Source of the DNA: Acidobacteriota bacterium
GTDB taxonomy: Bacteria > Acidobacteriota > Vicinamibacteria > Vicinamibacterales > UBA2999
Assembly: GCA_021731165.1 (NCBI GenBank)
Contig: JAKFXY010000029.1
Coordinates: 9,291 to 73,290 of the forward strand
Reading direction: 5' to 3'
Length of the DNA: 64,000 nt
This document shows, piece by piece, positions 34,655-43,257 of this stretch; positions within the stretch are counted from its first letter, which is position 1, and each line of letters starts with the position of its first letter. Position numbers and translations under genes: made by a program. Below the pieces are notes generated by a model. That model saw only the letters and a list, made by a program, of their open reading frames with translations, searched no databases and was not told the origin of the DNA.

Positions 34655-37498
34655 ATGACGCCACCACCGACCGAGTCCACCGCCGATTACGCCCGCGAGC
34701 AGTTCGCTATCGACCTCTCGCCTCGGGCAATGGCAGTAGGCCTGATGGTCTTCGTGGCCATGGCGGCGTCGCTCCGCTTCATCTCCGATAGTACGGCCGT
34801 CGGTGCAGCGATAAAGGTGGTCGTCGCCGGGCTCGCCGTGGGCGTGATCCCGGGTGCCCTCGTCACGCTCCTCTGGTGGCCGCGGCCGAATCTGGGCTTT
34901 CTCGAGTGGCTCGCGATCAGTATCGCGGTCAGTTTCGGTCTTGGGCACCTGATCACGGTCTTCATGATCCTCGCGCACGTCGGTGTGCCGACGATGGCCG
35001 TGGCGCTGCCGGTGGTGTGGTTCGGGGCCGCCCTCTGGCTGCTGCTTCGCGGGACGGGCCGCGGTCCGAGCATCTCGCTAGGCCGTGACGAAGTATTTGG
35101 AGTCGCGCTGCTGGCGGTGGCCGGATCGTACCTGTACATACAGGGATCGCCGGCGGTCGAGTGGGAAGACCAGGTCCACGTCTCAATCGTGCGTCGATTG
35201 GCGGCGCTTGCCCAGCCGGCGCTGGACAACATGTACCTGCAGCCTGGCGTCGTCTATACCTACCCGTTCCCGAGTACTCACGCTTTCATGGCCCTGGTGA
35301 CGCGGATTGCCGGGACCGACGCGCTCTTCGTGTACCACAAGCTACGGTTCTTCTGGGGCCCGGCCGCGCTCGTGATGATCTACCTGTCCGCGCTGGCCGT
35401 ATTCGGGAAGCGTGCCGTCGCCGCGGCGGCCTTTGTGACCGCCGGCCTGCTGATGTTGTTCGGCGTGTTTGCCACGGTGTCGGGGAGCTACTGGGGCCAA
35501 CTCGCGCCGTACAGCCACGCGTCGGATGTGGCGATGGCCGTGATGCTGCCGGGGTTGCTGGCCCTCTCTTTTCGATTCATCGATTCTGACGAAGCGGCGG
35601 AACGCCGGTTCCTGCTGCCGGCGGCGCTGGCGCTGGTCTTCGCGTTGAGCGTGGTCCACGTGCGAGAGGTGGTGCAGTACTGCGCCTACCTGGGATGCTT
35701 CATGGTGGTGGCGTTTGCCTGCTCGGGGTTTCGCATCCACGCGCGCCGGGCCGCGGTTCTCCTGGCCACCAGTCTCGCGCTGGCGGGCATCTTCCTCGCG
35801 TGGCACTCGAGGGAAGTCGGACACATCACCAACCTCGTCGCCGAGCGGCGGGATCGTATCGTCGGGATTGCGACCGAGGCCTTCTCGCGCGATGCCCGCA
35901 ATCTGTTGTTCGTACCTTCCTGGAGCATCCTGCCGAGCTACGTCCAGTGGGTGGACGCGGCGTTCCACGGCGCGACCCAGCTCTTGTTGCTCGCGGGACC
36001 GCTCGTGATCGTGGCCTTCAGACGACGTCCACTGGTCTGGTTGATGGCCGCCAGCACGCTGGTCTATCTGCTCGTGATGACGGTGCCGGCGCTGGCCGTG
36101 CCGTACATGTATTTCACGTATTACGAAATCCTGATCACGCCCATTCGGAACCTGACGCCGTTCCTGTATCTGCTGGCGGGGCCGCTGTTGTATGTGGTGA
36201 CGTCGTGGTTGTGGAGCGCTGCGCGGTGGCGAGTCGTCGCGTCGGTTACCCTCCTGGCGGCGGGAGCGGCTCTCGGCACAGTGGCGTTTCTGGCACCGCT
36301 CGCGGCGAACCAAAGCGAGGCGGGTTTCTTCGTGCCGGTGATGCTCGCCTGGGCCACGACCTTCCTGTTTCTCGGCCGGGCAGGTGCTGTCAGCAATCTC
36401 ACCCGCACGCGATCGGCCGCCGCCGTCGTCATCGGCGCGCTGGCGCTCGTGGCGCTCTTGCCCGATCACCCGCCTACGGAGCCACCGGTTCCGGTGAACG
36501 TCAGGTGGACGTCCGGTCTTGCGGCAGACACGCGGGCGGCGCTCGAGCAGCGCTTCTCACTTACCGAAGGGGAGGCCACGAGCAACCCAGAGACGTGGGT
36601 CTACCACATTACCGACGTCTCAGTCGCCAATGTCCAGGCGCTCGTGACTCATCAGGACGTGAAGGACACGCACCATATCGATCGATCGACGTTTGCCGTG
36701 GAGCTACCGCCGCGTCCGTGGACGAAGTACCCCGATCGCACGTTGCTGCTTGTGACCGGCGTGGCGCTCTGGTTCTGCGGATTCTGTCTTCCGCTCGTCT
36801 TCGTGTGGGCGCAACCGGGTTCGAGTGGCGGTCTCGATCGCTTCTTGTCCGCACCGTTCCATCGCCGCGCCGCCATCTTCGGTCTCTTCCTCGTGCCGTT
36901 TGTGTTCGTCACGGCCTCACGCGACGAGGTGTCTCCCGTGATGCTCGTCCCCGTGCAGCCGTTTGGCCGCGTGGACACGCCCCGGGCCATCCTGCCGCAG
37001 ATCGAGTGTACGAGCAGGGAGAACGTGTCCGCCCGTCTTGGCGAGACCTATGAACACGGCCCTCCGGTGATCATCCCGAAGGTGGCGATCTGCCCGCCGA
37101 GTCAGGGGGTGGTGGATTGGATTCGGCAGAACGTTTCCGTGCAGGGGGTGTTCGCGATGGATCGCTGGAACGCGTACCTGCCTACCGTGTTCCTGTCTCA
37201 ACAAATCGTGGCGTTCTCCGGGCCGGAGTTTTCGTTGCCGAGCGAGGACGAGTTGTACGCGGACTACATGCGGCTCTACAAGACCCGCATTCGGGAGCAT
37301 GGCGTCCAGCCGTTCTTCAACGACCTGGAAACGCTCGACGACCGAAAGGACTACGTCCGGTCGCTGGGCGTGACGCACGTCCTGGTGGACCCCCCGTACT
37401 ACGATCTGATGCGGAAGGTGCTCGACGGCCTGCCCGAGATGTTCTCGCTGAAGGTGACCGACGGCCGCTGGGCCGTGTACGAGGTGCGCGGGAGCTGA
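34655..37498 (+). CDS. Orphan giant polytopic membrane protein (947 aa) with a C-terminal soluble domain
   Basis: ATG at 34655 (MTPPPTESTADYAREQF...) within ORF 34403..37498. Roughly 15 or more hydrophobic helices, then a soluble ~330-aa C-terminus. No family recognised. Confidence 0.6.
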   Translation: MTPPPTESTADYAREQFAIDLSPRAMAVGLMVFVAMAASLRFISDSTAVGAAIKVVVAGLAVGVIPGALVTLLWWPRPNLGFLEWLAISIAVSFGLGHLITVFMILAHVGVPTMAVALPVVWFGAALWLLLRGTGRGPSISLGRDEVFGVALLAVAGSYLYIQGSPAVEWEDQVHVSIVRRLAALAQPALDNMYLQPGVVYTYPFPSTHAFMALVTRIAGTDALFVYHKLRFFWGPAALVMIYLSALAVFGKRAVAAAAFVTAGLLMLFGVFATVSGSYWGQLAPYSHASDVAMAVMLPGLLALSFRFIDSDEAAERRFLLPAALALVFALSVVHVREVVQYCAYLGCFMVVAFACSGFRIHARRAAVLLATSLALAGIFLAWHSREVGHITNLVAERRDRIVGIATEAFSRDARNLLFVPSWSILPSYVQWVDAAFHGATQLLLLAGPLVIVAFRRRPLVWLMAASTLVYLLVMTVPALAVPYMYFTYYEILITPIRNLTPFLYLLAGPLLYVVTSWLWSAARWRVVASVTLLAAGAALGTVAFLAPLAANQSEAGFFVPVMLAWATTFLFLGRAGAVSNLTRTRSAAAVVIGALALVALLPDHPPTEPPVPVNVRWTSGLAADTRAALEQRFSLTEGEATSNPETWVYHITDVSVANVQALVTHQDVKDTHHIDRSTFAVELPPRPWTKYPDRTLLLVTGVALWFCGFCLPLVFVWAQPGSSGGLDRFLSAPFHRRAAIFGLFLVPFVFVTASRDEVSPVMLVPVQPFGRVDTPRAILPQIECTSRENVSARLGETYEHGPPVIIPKVAICPPSQGVVDWIRQNVSVQGVFAMDRWNAYLPTVFLSQQIVAFSGPEFSLPSEDELYADYMRLYKTRIREHGVQPFFNDLETLDDRKDYVRSLGVTHVLVDPPYYDLMRKVLDGLPEMFSLKVTDGRWAVYEVRGS

Positions 37499-37538
37499 AC
37501 GCGACCGACGCACGTCCGCGTGGGTTACACTGGCGCCG

Positions 37539-38828
37539 GTGTCATCACCAGCGCCGCTGACACGCCTGCTGCGCCGCCTCGGGCGGCTTCTCGAGCCGTT
37601 GCTCGCCCCTGATGCCGAGGCACGACGGGATCGTGAAGACCGTCTGCTCGCGCAGGTGCGCGAACTGCGGGGCGGCCTCCGTGAGCTGAGCGAACAGGCA
37701 GCGGCACAACGCGCCGAGCTGAAGCGTGCGCAGGACGTGCGTGCGGCCGACGCGGCTGAGACGCAGGCGCGCCTGGCTGACCTTCGCGGCGGTGTGCGCC
37801 GTCAGGCGGCGGCGCTTGGGCGGCTGGCGCGCCGGGCAGGGATCGAAGCGGGCCTCGAGCTGACCGAACGGCGGGTTCTGGACCGTCTCGATCGTCTTCG
37901 CCGAAGTGGCCGCCCCATCATCATCGGGCCCTGGACCGGCGAGATCGGCTTCGAGCTCCTGTACTGGATTCCATTCGTGCGTTGGGTGGTCGAGAAGTAC
38001 GCCCTGCCAGCGGATCGCCTGATTGTCGTGTCGCGGGGCGGCGCCAAGGAGTGGTACGCGGGGTTGGGGTCGCGCGACATCGACGTGTTCTCCGTGGCCA
38101 GCCCGGATGAGTTTCGAGCGAGGACGGAAGCGGTCAAGAAGCAGCGCTTCATGGGCGCGTTCGATCGTGAGCTGGTGCGCCGCGTTCAGCTGAAGCTCGG
38201 AGGAGAGGGCGCCAGCCTTCTTCATCCGGCACTGATGTATGCGCTCTTCATGCCGTTCTGGAAACAGCAGGCGGCGCTGCCTCGCGTAACCGACCACGCG
38301 CGATACCGCCGGATCGAGCAGGGGACGCCGCCGGCTGGGCTCCCGCCGCTCCCGCCGGAGTACGTGGCCGTGCGCTTCTACTTCAGTGACTGCTTCCCGG
38401 ATACACCGGGAAACCGCGAGTTCGTCTCCAGCGTGGTGGCATCCCTGGCCGAACACTCCGAGGTGGTCATGCTGAACCCGGGGTTCAGGGTTGACGACCA
38501 CGTGGACTACACCGAAGCGGCGCGGTCGCGCATTCACACCATCGACATGAGCGGCCACGCAGCCGAGAACCTCGCGTGGCAGACCTCCATCATCTCGCGG
38601 GCGAAGGCGTTTGTCGGGACCTACGGCGGCTTCGCGTACCTGGCACCCTTCTGCGGCGTGAACGCCGTGGCGTTCTATTCCGAGCGGACCTATTTCGTCT
38701 ACCACCTGGAGCTGGCGCAGCGCGCGTTTGCTGACGTGCGGGGCGGCACGCTCGAGGCGCTCCACGTGGAAAACGCGGCACTGCTCCGAACCGCCCTCAG
38801 CGGCCTCGCTGCCGTGTCACGACACTGA
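37539..38828 (+). CDS. Hypothetical protein: N-terminal ~100-aa Arg/Ala/Glu/Leu-rich predicted coiled coil plus a ~310-aa alpha/beta domain
   Basis: 429 aa with a GTG start. Residues ~20-115 (EARRDREDRLLAQVRELRGGLRELSEQAAAQRAELKRAQ...) look helical or coiled. Then IIIGPWTGEIGFELLYWIPFVRW and a C-terminal AFVGTYGGFAYLAPFCG. Family not recognised. Confidence 0.5.
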   Translation: MSSPAPLTRLLRRLGRLLEPLLAPDAEARRDREDRLLAQVRELRGGLRELSEQAAAQRAELKRAQDVRAADAAETQARLADLRGGVRRQAAALGRLARRAGIEAGLELTERRVLDRLDRLRRSGRPIIIGPWTGEIGFELLYWIPFVRWVVEKYALPADRLIVVSRGGAKEWYAGLGSRDIDVFSVASPDEFRARTEAVKKQRFMGAFDRELVRRVQLKLGGEGASLLHPALMYALFMPFWKQQAALPRVTDHARYRRIEQGTPPAGLPPLPPEYVAVRFYFSDCFPDTPGNREFVSSVVASLAEHSEVVMLNPGFRVDDHVDYTEAARSRIHTIDMSGHAAENLAWQTSIISRAKAFVGTYGGFAYLAPFCGVNAVAFYSERTYFVYHLELAQRAFADVRGGTLEALHVENAALLRTALSGLAAVSRH

Positions 38829-38882
38829 CCCGTCCCAATCCCGTGAGCCCTTGTTGTCGCTGAAGTACACTTTCCCGACCTG

Positions 38883-39749
38883 ATGGACGCATCGTTACAG
38901 CCCATGACGCCAGCCGGCGCCGAGTGGGCAATCGAGCCGCGGCGCGAGGGGTTGCTCGCTCGCCTGCGCGATGTCTGGCGGTACCGGCGGCTGCTTCGAT
39001 TCTTCGGATGGAAGGCGCTGCAGAAGCTGTACGCGCGCACCGTTCTTGGCTGGTCCTGGCTGTTCATCCGCCCGCTCTTTCCCCTCCTTGTCAACACGAT
39101 CATCTTCAGCGGCGTGCTCGGCGTGGGATCTGGCGGCGTGCCGTACTTCCTGTTCCTCGTCACGGGCGTGTCCATCTGGGAGCTGTTCGCCACTGCCGTG
39201 ACGTGGGGGACCAGGAGTCTCGAGCTCAACAGGGGATTCATGACGCGCATCTACATACCGCGGCTGATCCTGCCAATCGCGATGATGACCCCGTCATACC
39301 TGACCTTCGTCATCAACCTGGCGGTGCTCGCCTGCGCGATTGTCTACTACCGCCTGACGACGGGTGTGGTCTATCTGGTGCCGGCGAAACTGGGCTGGGC
39401 CGTGGTCGCGATGGCGCTGGCATGGCTGCTGGCGCTTGGAATCTCCCTCTGGACGTCGGTGCCGGCGCTCGTCGCACGCGACGTTCGCTTCACGCTTGGC
39501 TACGTCCTGGGATTCTGGGTCTTCCTGACGCCGGTGCTCTATCCGCTCAACGTTCCGGACAAGTATGCCTGGCTGATGCCGTTGAACCCGATGGCGGCCA
39601 TCGTCAACGCATTCAAGTACGGTGTTCTCGGGATCGATGTGCTCAACCTTCGCGACCTTGGGATCGCCGCGCTGCTGGCGACAGCCGTGTTCGTGTCGGG
39701 ACTGTGGTTTTTCGGCAGGGCTGAAGCGGACGCCGCCGACAAGGTCTAA
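38883..39749 (+). CDS. wzm: ABC-2-type glycan exporter permease
   Basis: 288 aa. LRDVWRYRRLL, the YARTVLGWSWLFIRPL...IIF pattern and six hydrophobic segments are typical of Wzm/TagG/KpsM permeases. Confidence 0.8.
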   Translation: MDASLQPMTPAGAEWAIEPRREGLLARLRDVWRYRRLLRFFGWKALQKLYARTVLGWSWLFIRPLFPLLVNTIIFSGVLGVGSGGVPYFLFLVTGVSIWELFATAVTWGTRSLELNRGFMTRIYIPRLILPIAMMTPSYLTFVINLAVLACAIVYYRLTTGVVYLVPAKLGWAVVAMALAWLLALGISLWTSVPALVARDVRFTLGYVLGFWVFLTPVLYPLNVPDKYAWLMPLNPMAAIVNAFKYGVLGIDVLNLRDLGIAALLATAVFVSGLWFFGRAEADAADKV

Positions 39750-39757
39750 CGGGCCCG

Positions 39758-40942
39758 CTAGGTCGGCCGCCGATCCTGCCGCTGCTCGTTGACTGCGCGG
39801 TAGCCCTCTTCGTGCGTCAGGCGGAACGCCTTTCCGGGCTTCAGTGGTCGCGGCGAATCCGCATCGTCCGCCCGAGCGTGCTCGCGCGCACGAATGGCGT
39901 CCATATCCTCGCCAAGCGCCTGCTGCGTGTCGGCCGGCAGGCCGAGCGCGCTGCCGTCGTGCCATGCCCGATACATGCCGAGACGGGCTGAGAGCTCCTC
40001 ATCGGAGATGGATTGCCCGCGCACCTCGGGATCCCACTTCGCGAGACACGTCATTTCGCTGTCTCCGCGCTTGGGATGCCGGACGAAGAGGACGCGGAAG
40101 CCCTGCCAGCTCAGGACACGAACGAAGGTCCTGAGGTCAAAGCTCTGAAAATGGAAACACTTCTGCTCGCCGAAGAGGTTCTTCCCCTTGCGGTACTTCA
40201 GCGTGTCGTCGGTCTCGGCGTACAGGTACAGATGCCCACCTGGCACGAGGTGCTCGCGCAGCGTCTGGAACATCCTGCCCGGATGGAGGGCGTGGGTCAG
40301 CAGATGCTTGGTGATGATCAGGTCGAACTGCCCCTCGTACGGGACGTCGAACTGCTCGAAATCGACGCGCCTCGTACACGGGATGTCATAGAGCCGTTCG
40401 ATCACGAACTGCTGTGACTCGAACATCGGCATCGCGAAGACCTGTGCCCCGTGGTACCGGCGGAGCGCGTCGAGGAGGAATCCCGTCTTCGATCGGACTT
40501 CGAGCACGCGCTTGCCCTGAAGCGGCACCGACGCGCTCAGCCAGTCCACGTGATAGCCCTGGGACATGCGGTCGGCGAGGAGCCACGGCATCCAGTCTTT
40601 CGCGCCGGGCTCGTGGTCTTCCGAGACCAGCCAGCCCCCCGCCAGCGCGCGGCGGAGCGCCTGGCGATCGGCGTCGGTCAGCGGATGCTCGTTGTCGAGG
40701 GGATTGGCATTCTCGCCCGCGGGACGGCCGAGGAACTCGTTGAAGTTCCGGTTCAGGCCGTCGAACTCTTCTCCAACCGGTCGGCGTGTGGCGAAAACAA
40801 GACCGCACCGGTGGCAGCAGGCATAGTCGTACCGCGCCAGGTCCGATGTCTGCATGTCCTTCAGCAGGACCAGACCGTTGTAACGGCACACGATCGTTGC
40901 CGTCTCGCCCTGGCAGGCGGGGCATTGCTCAATCGTCACCAT
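39758..40942 (-). CDS. Methyltransferase-like protein with an N-terminal Cys4 zinc ribbon and a degenerate motif I
   Basis: 394 aa with a CPACQ...CHRCG ribbon. The Rossmann-like core is VLEVRSKTGFLLDAL...DLIITKHLLTHALHPGRMF...GGHLYLY. The glycine-rich SAM loop is degenerate. Confidence 0.55.
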   Translation of the reverse strand: MVTIEQCPACQGETATIVCRYNGLVLLKDMQTSDLARYDYACCHRCGLVFATRRPVGEEFDGLNRNFNEFLGRPAGENANPLDNEHPLTDADRQALRRALAGGWLVSEDHEPGAKDWMPWLLADRMSQGYHVDWLSASVPLQGKRVLEVRSKTGFLLDALRRYHGAQVFAMPMFESQQFVIERLYDIPCTRRVDFEQFDVPYEGQFDLIITKHLLTHALHPGRMFQTLREHLVPGGHLYLYAETDDTLKYRKGKNLFGEQKCFHFQSFDLRTFVRVLSWQGFRVLFVRHPKRGDSEMTCLAKWDPEVRGQSISDEELSARLGMYRAWHDGSALGLPADTQQALGEDMDAIRAREHARADDADSPRPLKPGKAFRLTHEEGYRAVNEQRQDRRPT

Positions 40943-40985
40943 GCCGTTCGCCCCTTATGGCCCATTCGCCTCCACCAAACACGCA

Positions 40986-41795
40986 CTAGACCTTCTCGTC
41001 GTCGCCCTTGAGCGAGATGTGGTACTGGAACACCTTGCGGAGCGCGGCCGACGGCGCGACGGCGCCGTGCGCGGCATTCAGCGTGTTGGGGAACGCGACG
41101 AGCGTGTTCGGCCGGAACGGGATTCGCAAGACCTCCTCGCAGGCCACGCCCGCGTCATGGAAGTACTTCGTGCTGCCATCTTGCACGCAGTCGAGGAAGT
41201 CGAGGGGCCGCTCCGCCTTATAGATGATCGTCCCCGAGTGATCGTCTCCAGGGCCGTCAGGAAAGTAGTGCAATACGGTCACGAGGTACGGCATGGAGTC
41301 GACGTGCGGTTTCAGCTCGTAACCGTTGCCGCGAATCATGAACCGCCCGACGTTGGCCTGGTAGGCCCAGTCTCGCGTGCCTTCCATCGGATACGCAATG
41401 AGACCGGCATGGAACGCGTCCTGGATCTGTCTGAGGCGGGCCTGGATTTCAGGCTCGAAGATCCGGTTGAGAAGCGGAGCGACAATCCGGCGATTGACCG
41501 TGAAGACGAAGAAGTCCCAGACCTCGCGCAGCTCCGGAGGCAGGCGCTCGTAGCCGGCACTCCTGGCGTCGGCTGCCCGCGACGAGGGAACGAGGTCGTA
41601 CTTTCGACCGGCTCTGTCGCGCTTGAACAGCTCGAGCGGCGGCCACGACGCGGCCAGCAGCTCATAGAAGGCAGGCTCGAAGATGCCCTCGACGAGCACG
41701 TGGGGGATCGGCTCGTCGATGCGCCTCGCGACGGAGAGGCGGTCTTCGACGTACGTCCGAACCCGCCGTTCATCCAGCGCGCTGGACATGGGCAT
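40986..41795 (-). CDS. 2OG-Fe(II) oxygenase-superfamily-like protein
   Basis: 269 aa. LKPHVDS provides HxD, LVTVLHYFPDGPGDDHSGTIIY is a jelly-roll strand pattern, and PNTLVAFPNTLNAAHGA provides the distal His. Confidence 0.5.
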   Translation of the reverse strand: MPMSSALDERRVRTYVEDRLSVARRIDEPIPHVLVEGIFEPAFYELLAASWPPLELFKRDRAGRKYDLVPSSRAADARSAGYERLPPELREVWDFFVFTVNRRIVAPLLNRIFEPEIQARLRQIQDAFHAGLIAYPMEGTRDWAYQANVGRFMIRGNGYELKPHVDSMPYLVTVLHYFPDGPGDDHSGTIIYKAERPLDFLDCVQDGSTKYFHDAGVACEEVLRIPFRPNTLVAFPNTLNAAHGAVAPSAALRKVFQYHISLKGDDEKV

Positions 41796-43230
41796 CGGTC
41801 ACAAGGCGGCTCAGCAAGGGTCGCAGGAGCCGCGCACCAAGGGGAGCTCGCGCGGCCGCGGTCTTCGCGGCGGCCGTCGCCTCGATCGCGTCGGCCACGC
41901 GGGGGGTGGCAGGCGAGGTCAAGCCGAATGGGCGGACGAACGGCTCGATGAACGGCGCCAGCCCGGCCGGCGTGGACGGCTCGGCCAGCTCGGCATTGAG
42001 CTGCGCATGGTGTTCCTCGAACGTGTCCGCCGTACGAAGGAAGCCTGGCGCCGTCAGGTGCGTGAAGTGCAACGTGCCGCGTTGTGTATGCGCGAACTCG
42101 GGCGCGAGCAACGTGAAGCTTGCGCGTCCGAGGATGCCCGCCTCGATCATGCCGGTGGTGTTGACCGCGACCACCGCAGCCGCGTGATGCATGGAATCGA
42201 AGTAGGCCGTCTTGGCCTCTTCAAACAGCGGCATGTCGCCGCCGCGAGGCCACACCGACACGTTGCCGAAAGAGGAGAGATCGACGTCGGCCCACGGCGC
42301 CGCGTTCCCGGGGTGCGGCCTCACGAGCACGCCACATTCGCGGAGAGCCGGGAACGTGGACGCCCGGAGCCGCTCGATCCAGTTGCGCACGAACGGCACT
42401 TCGTCACGCGCGATGAAGAGCGACGAGCAGAGGTACAGGAAGAAGGGGCGGGCCGGATCGAGTCCGGCCCGCGCGCAGAACTCCTGGCGGCTGCTGCCGG
42501 GACGGCGATCGAACCAGTCGTCGAACAGTTGTGCGCCGGTCACGAGCACCCGCTCCGGCGTGACACCATGAAACGCCACCGCCTCGCGCTTCTGTGCCTC
42601 GTTCCAGACAATCACCCGGTCCGGCTGCACGGCGATGGTGCCCTTGTTCGTCAGATTGTCCCAACTGGCCACGGCCATCGCGACCGGTATCCCGAGCCGT
42701 TTTGCCGTCTTCACGTAATCGACCTGGTACGACACGAAGTCCACGAGGGGGGTGACGACGATGACGTCGGGAGAGAGGGAGGCGACCACCTCGTCAATCT
42801 TCGGATCAGTGGGGATGGCGGCCTCGACAAACCTGGCGACCGCGGAAAGCGCTGCCGCCGCCGGCCAGGAGCGCGGCAGCCCGCGGGCGGCGATCTTGGG
42901 CGCCTGCTTCGCCAGGTGCGCGTCGGCCCGCTCGGCAAGCGCGGTGGCCACGCGCAGCTCGGGGTGACGGTACCGAAGCGCGTTGCGGACCGCGCGGACC
43001 GATCCCGCGAACGCCCGCCATCCGTCGCCGCGTTTGGGAAGGTCCTTGACGCTCACGCGCGGGTGCGCGAGAGAGAGCTCGGCGAGGTACCCCGAGGTGT
43101 CAACGGCCATGTGCCGCTCGGGCCCGCGAGATCCGATGATGACCTCGTGGCCTCGTGACGCCAGCATCCGCACGGTCGATGCGTAGTTCCGCATGTACCC
43201 GTGGTTGCGCATCACGAAAAGTATCCGCAT
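41770..43230 (-). CDS. Unassigned GT-B-like module protein (family G, copy A)
   Basis: 486 aa. MRILFVMRNHGYMRNY...ASRGHEVII is a GT-B-type Rossmann start. Also present: ASWDNLTNKG, VWNEAQ, VTGAQ, LYLCSS, RPHPGN, VNTTGMIEAGILGR, GTLHFTHL and FVRPFG. Confidence 0.6.
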   Translation of the reverse strand: MRILFVMRNHGYMRNYASTVRMLASRGHEVIIGSRGPERHMAVDTSGYLAELSLAHPRVSVKDLPKRGDGWRAFAGSVRAVRNALRYRHPELRVATALAERADAHLAKQAPKIAARGLPRSWPAAAALSAVARFVEAAIPTDPKIDEVVASLSPDVIVVTPLVDFVSYQVDYVKTAKRLGIPVAMAVASWDNLTNKGTIAVQPDRVIVWNEAQKREAVAFHGVTPERVLVTGAQLFDDWFDRRPGSSRQEFCARAGLDPARPFFLYLCSSLFIARDEVPFVRNWIERLRASTFPALRECGVLVRPHPGNAAPWADVDLSSFGNVSVWPRGGDMPLFEEAKTAYFDSMHHAAAVVAVNTTGMIEAGILGRASFTLLAPEFAHTQRGTLHFTHLTAPGFLRTADTFEEHHAQLNAELAEPSTPAGLAPFIEPFVRPFGLTSPATPRVADAIEATAAAKTAAARAPLGARLLRPLLSRLVTDAHVQRAG

Positions 43231-43238
43231 GATCGATG

Positions 43239-43245
43239 TATTGTA
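43239..43245. promoter_or_regulatory. Overlapping face-to-face -10-like hexamers (TATTGT on plus, TACAAT on minus) in a 27-bp divergent gap
   Basis: TATTGT at 43239-43244 ends 13 nt before the ATG at 43258. TACAAT (minus, 43245-43240) ends 9 nt before the ATG at 43230. Confidence 0.3.
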
Positions 43246-43257
43246 ACAGGGCGCTTC

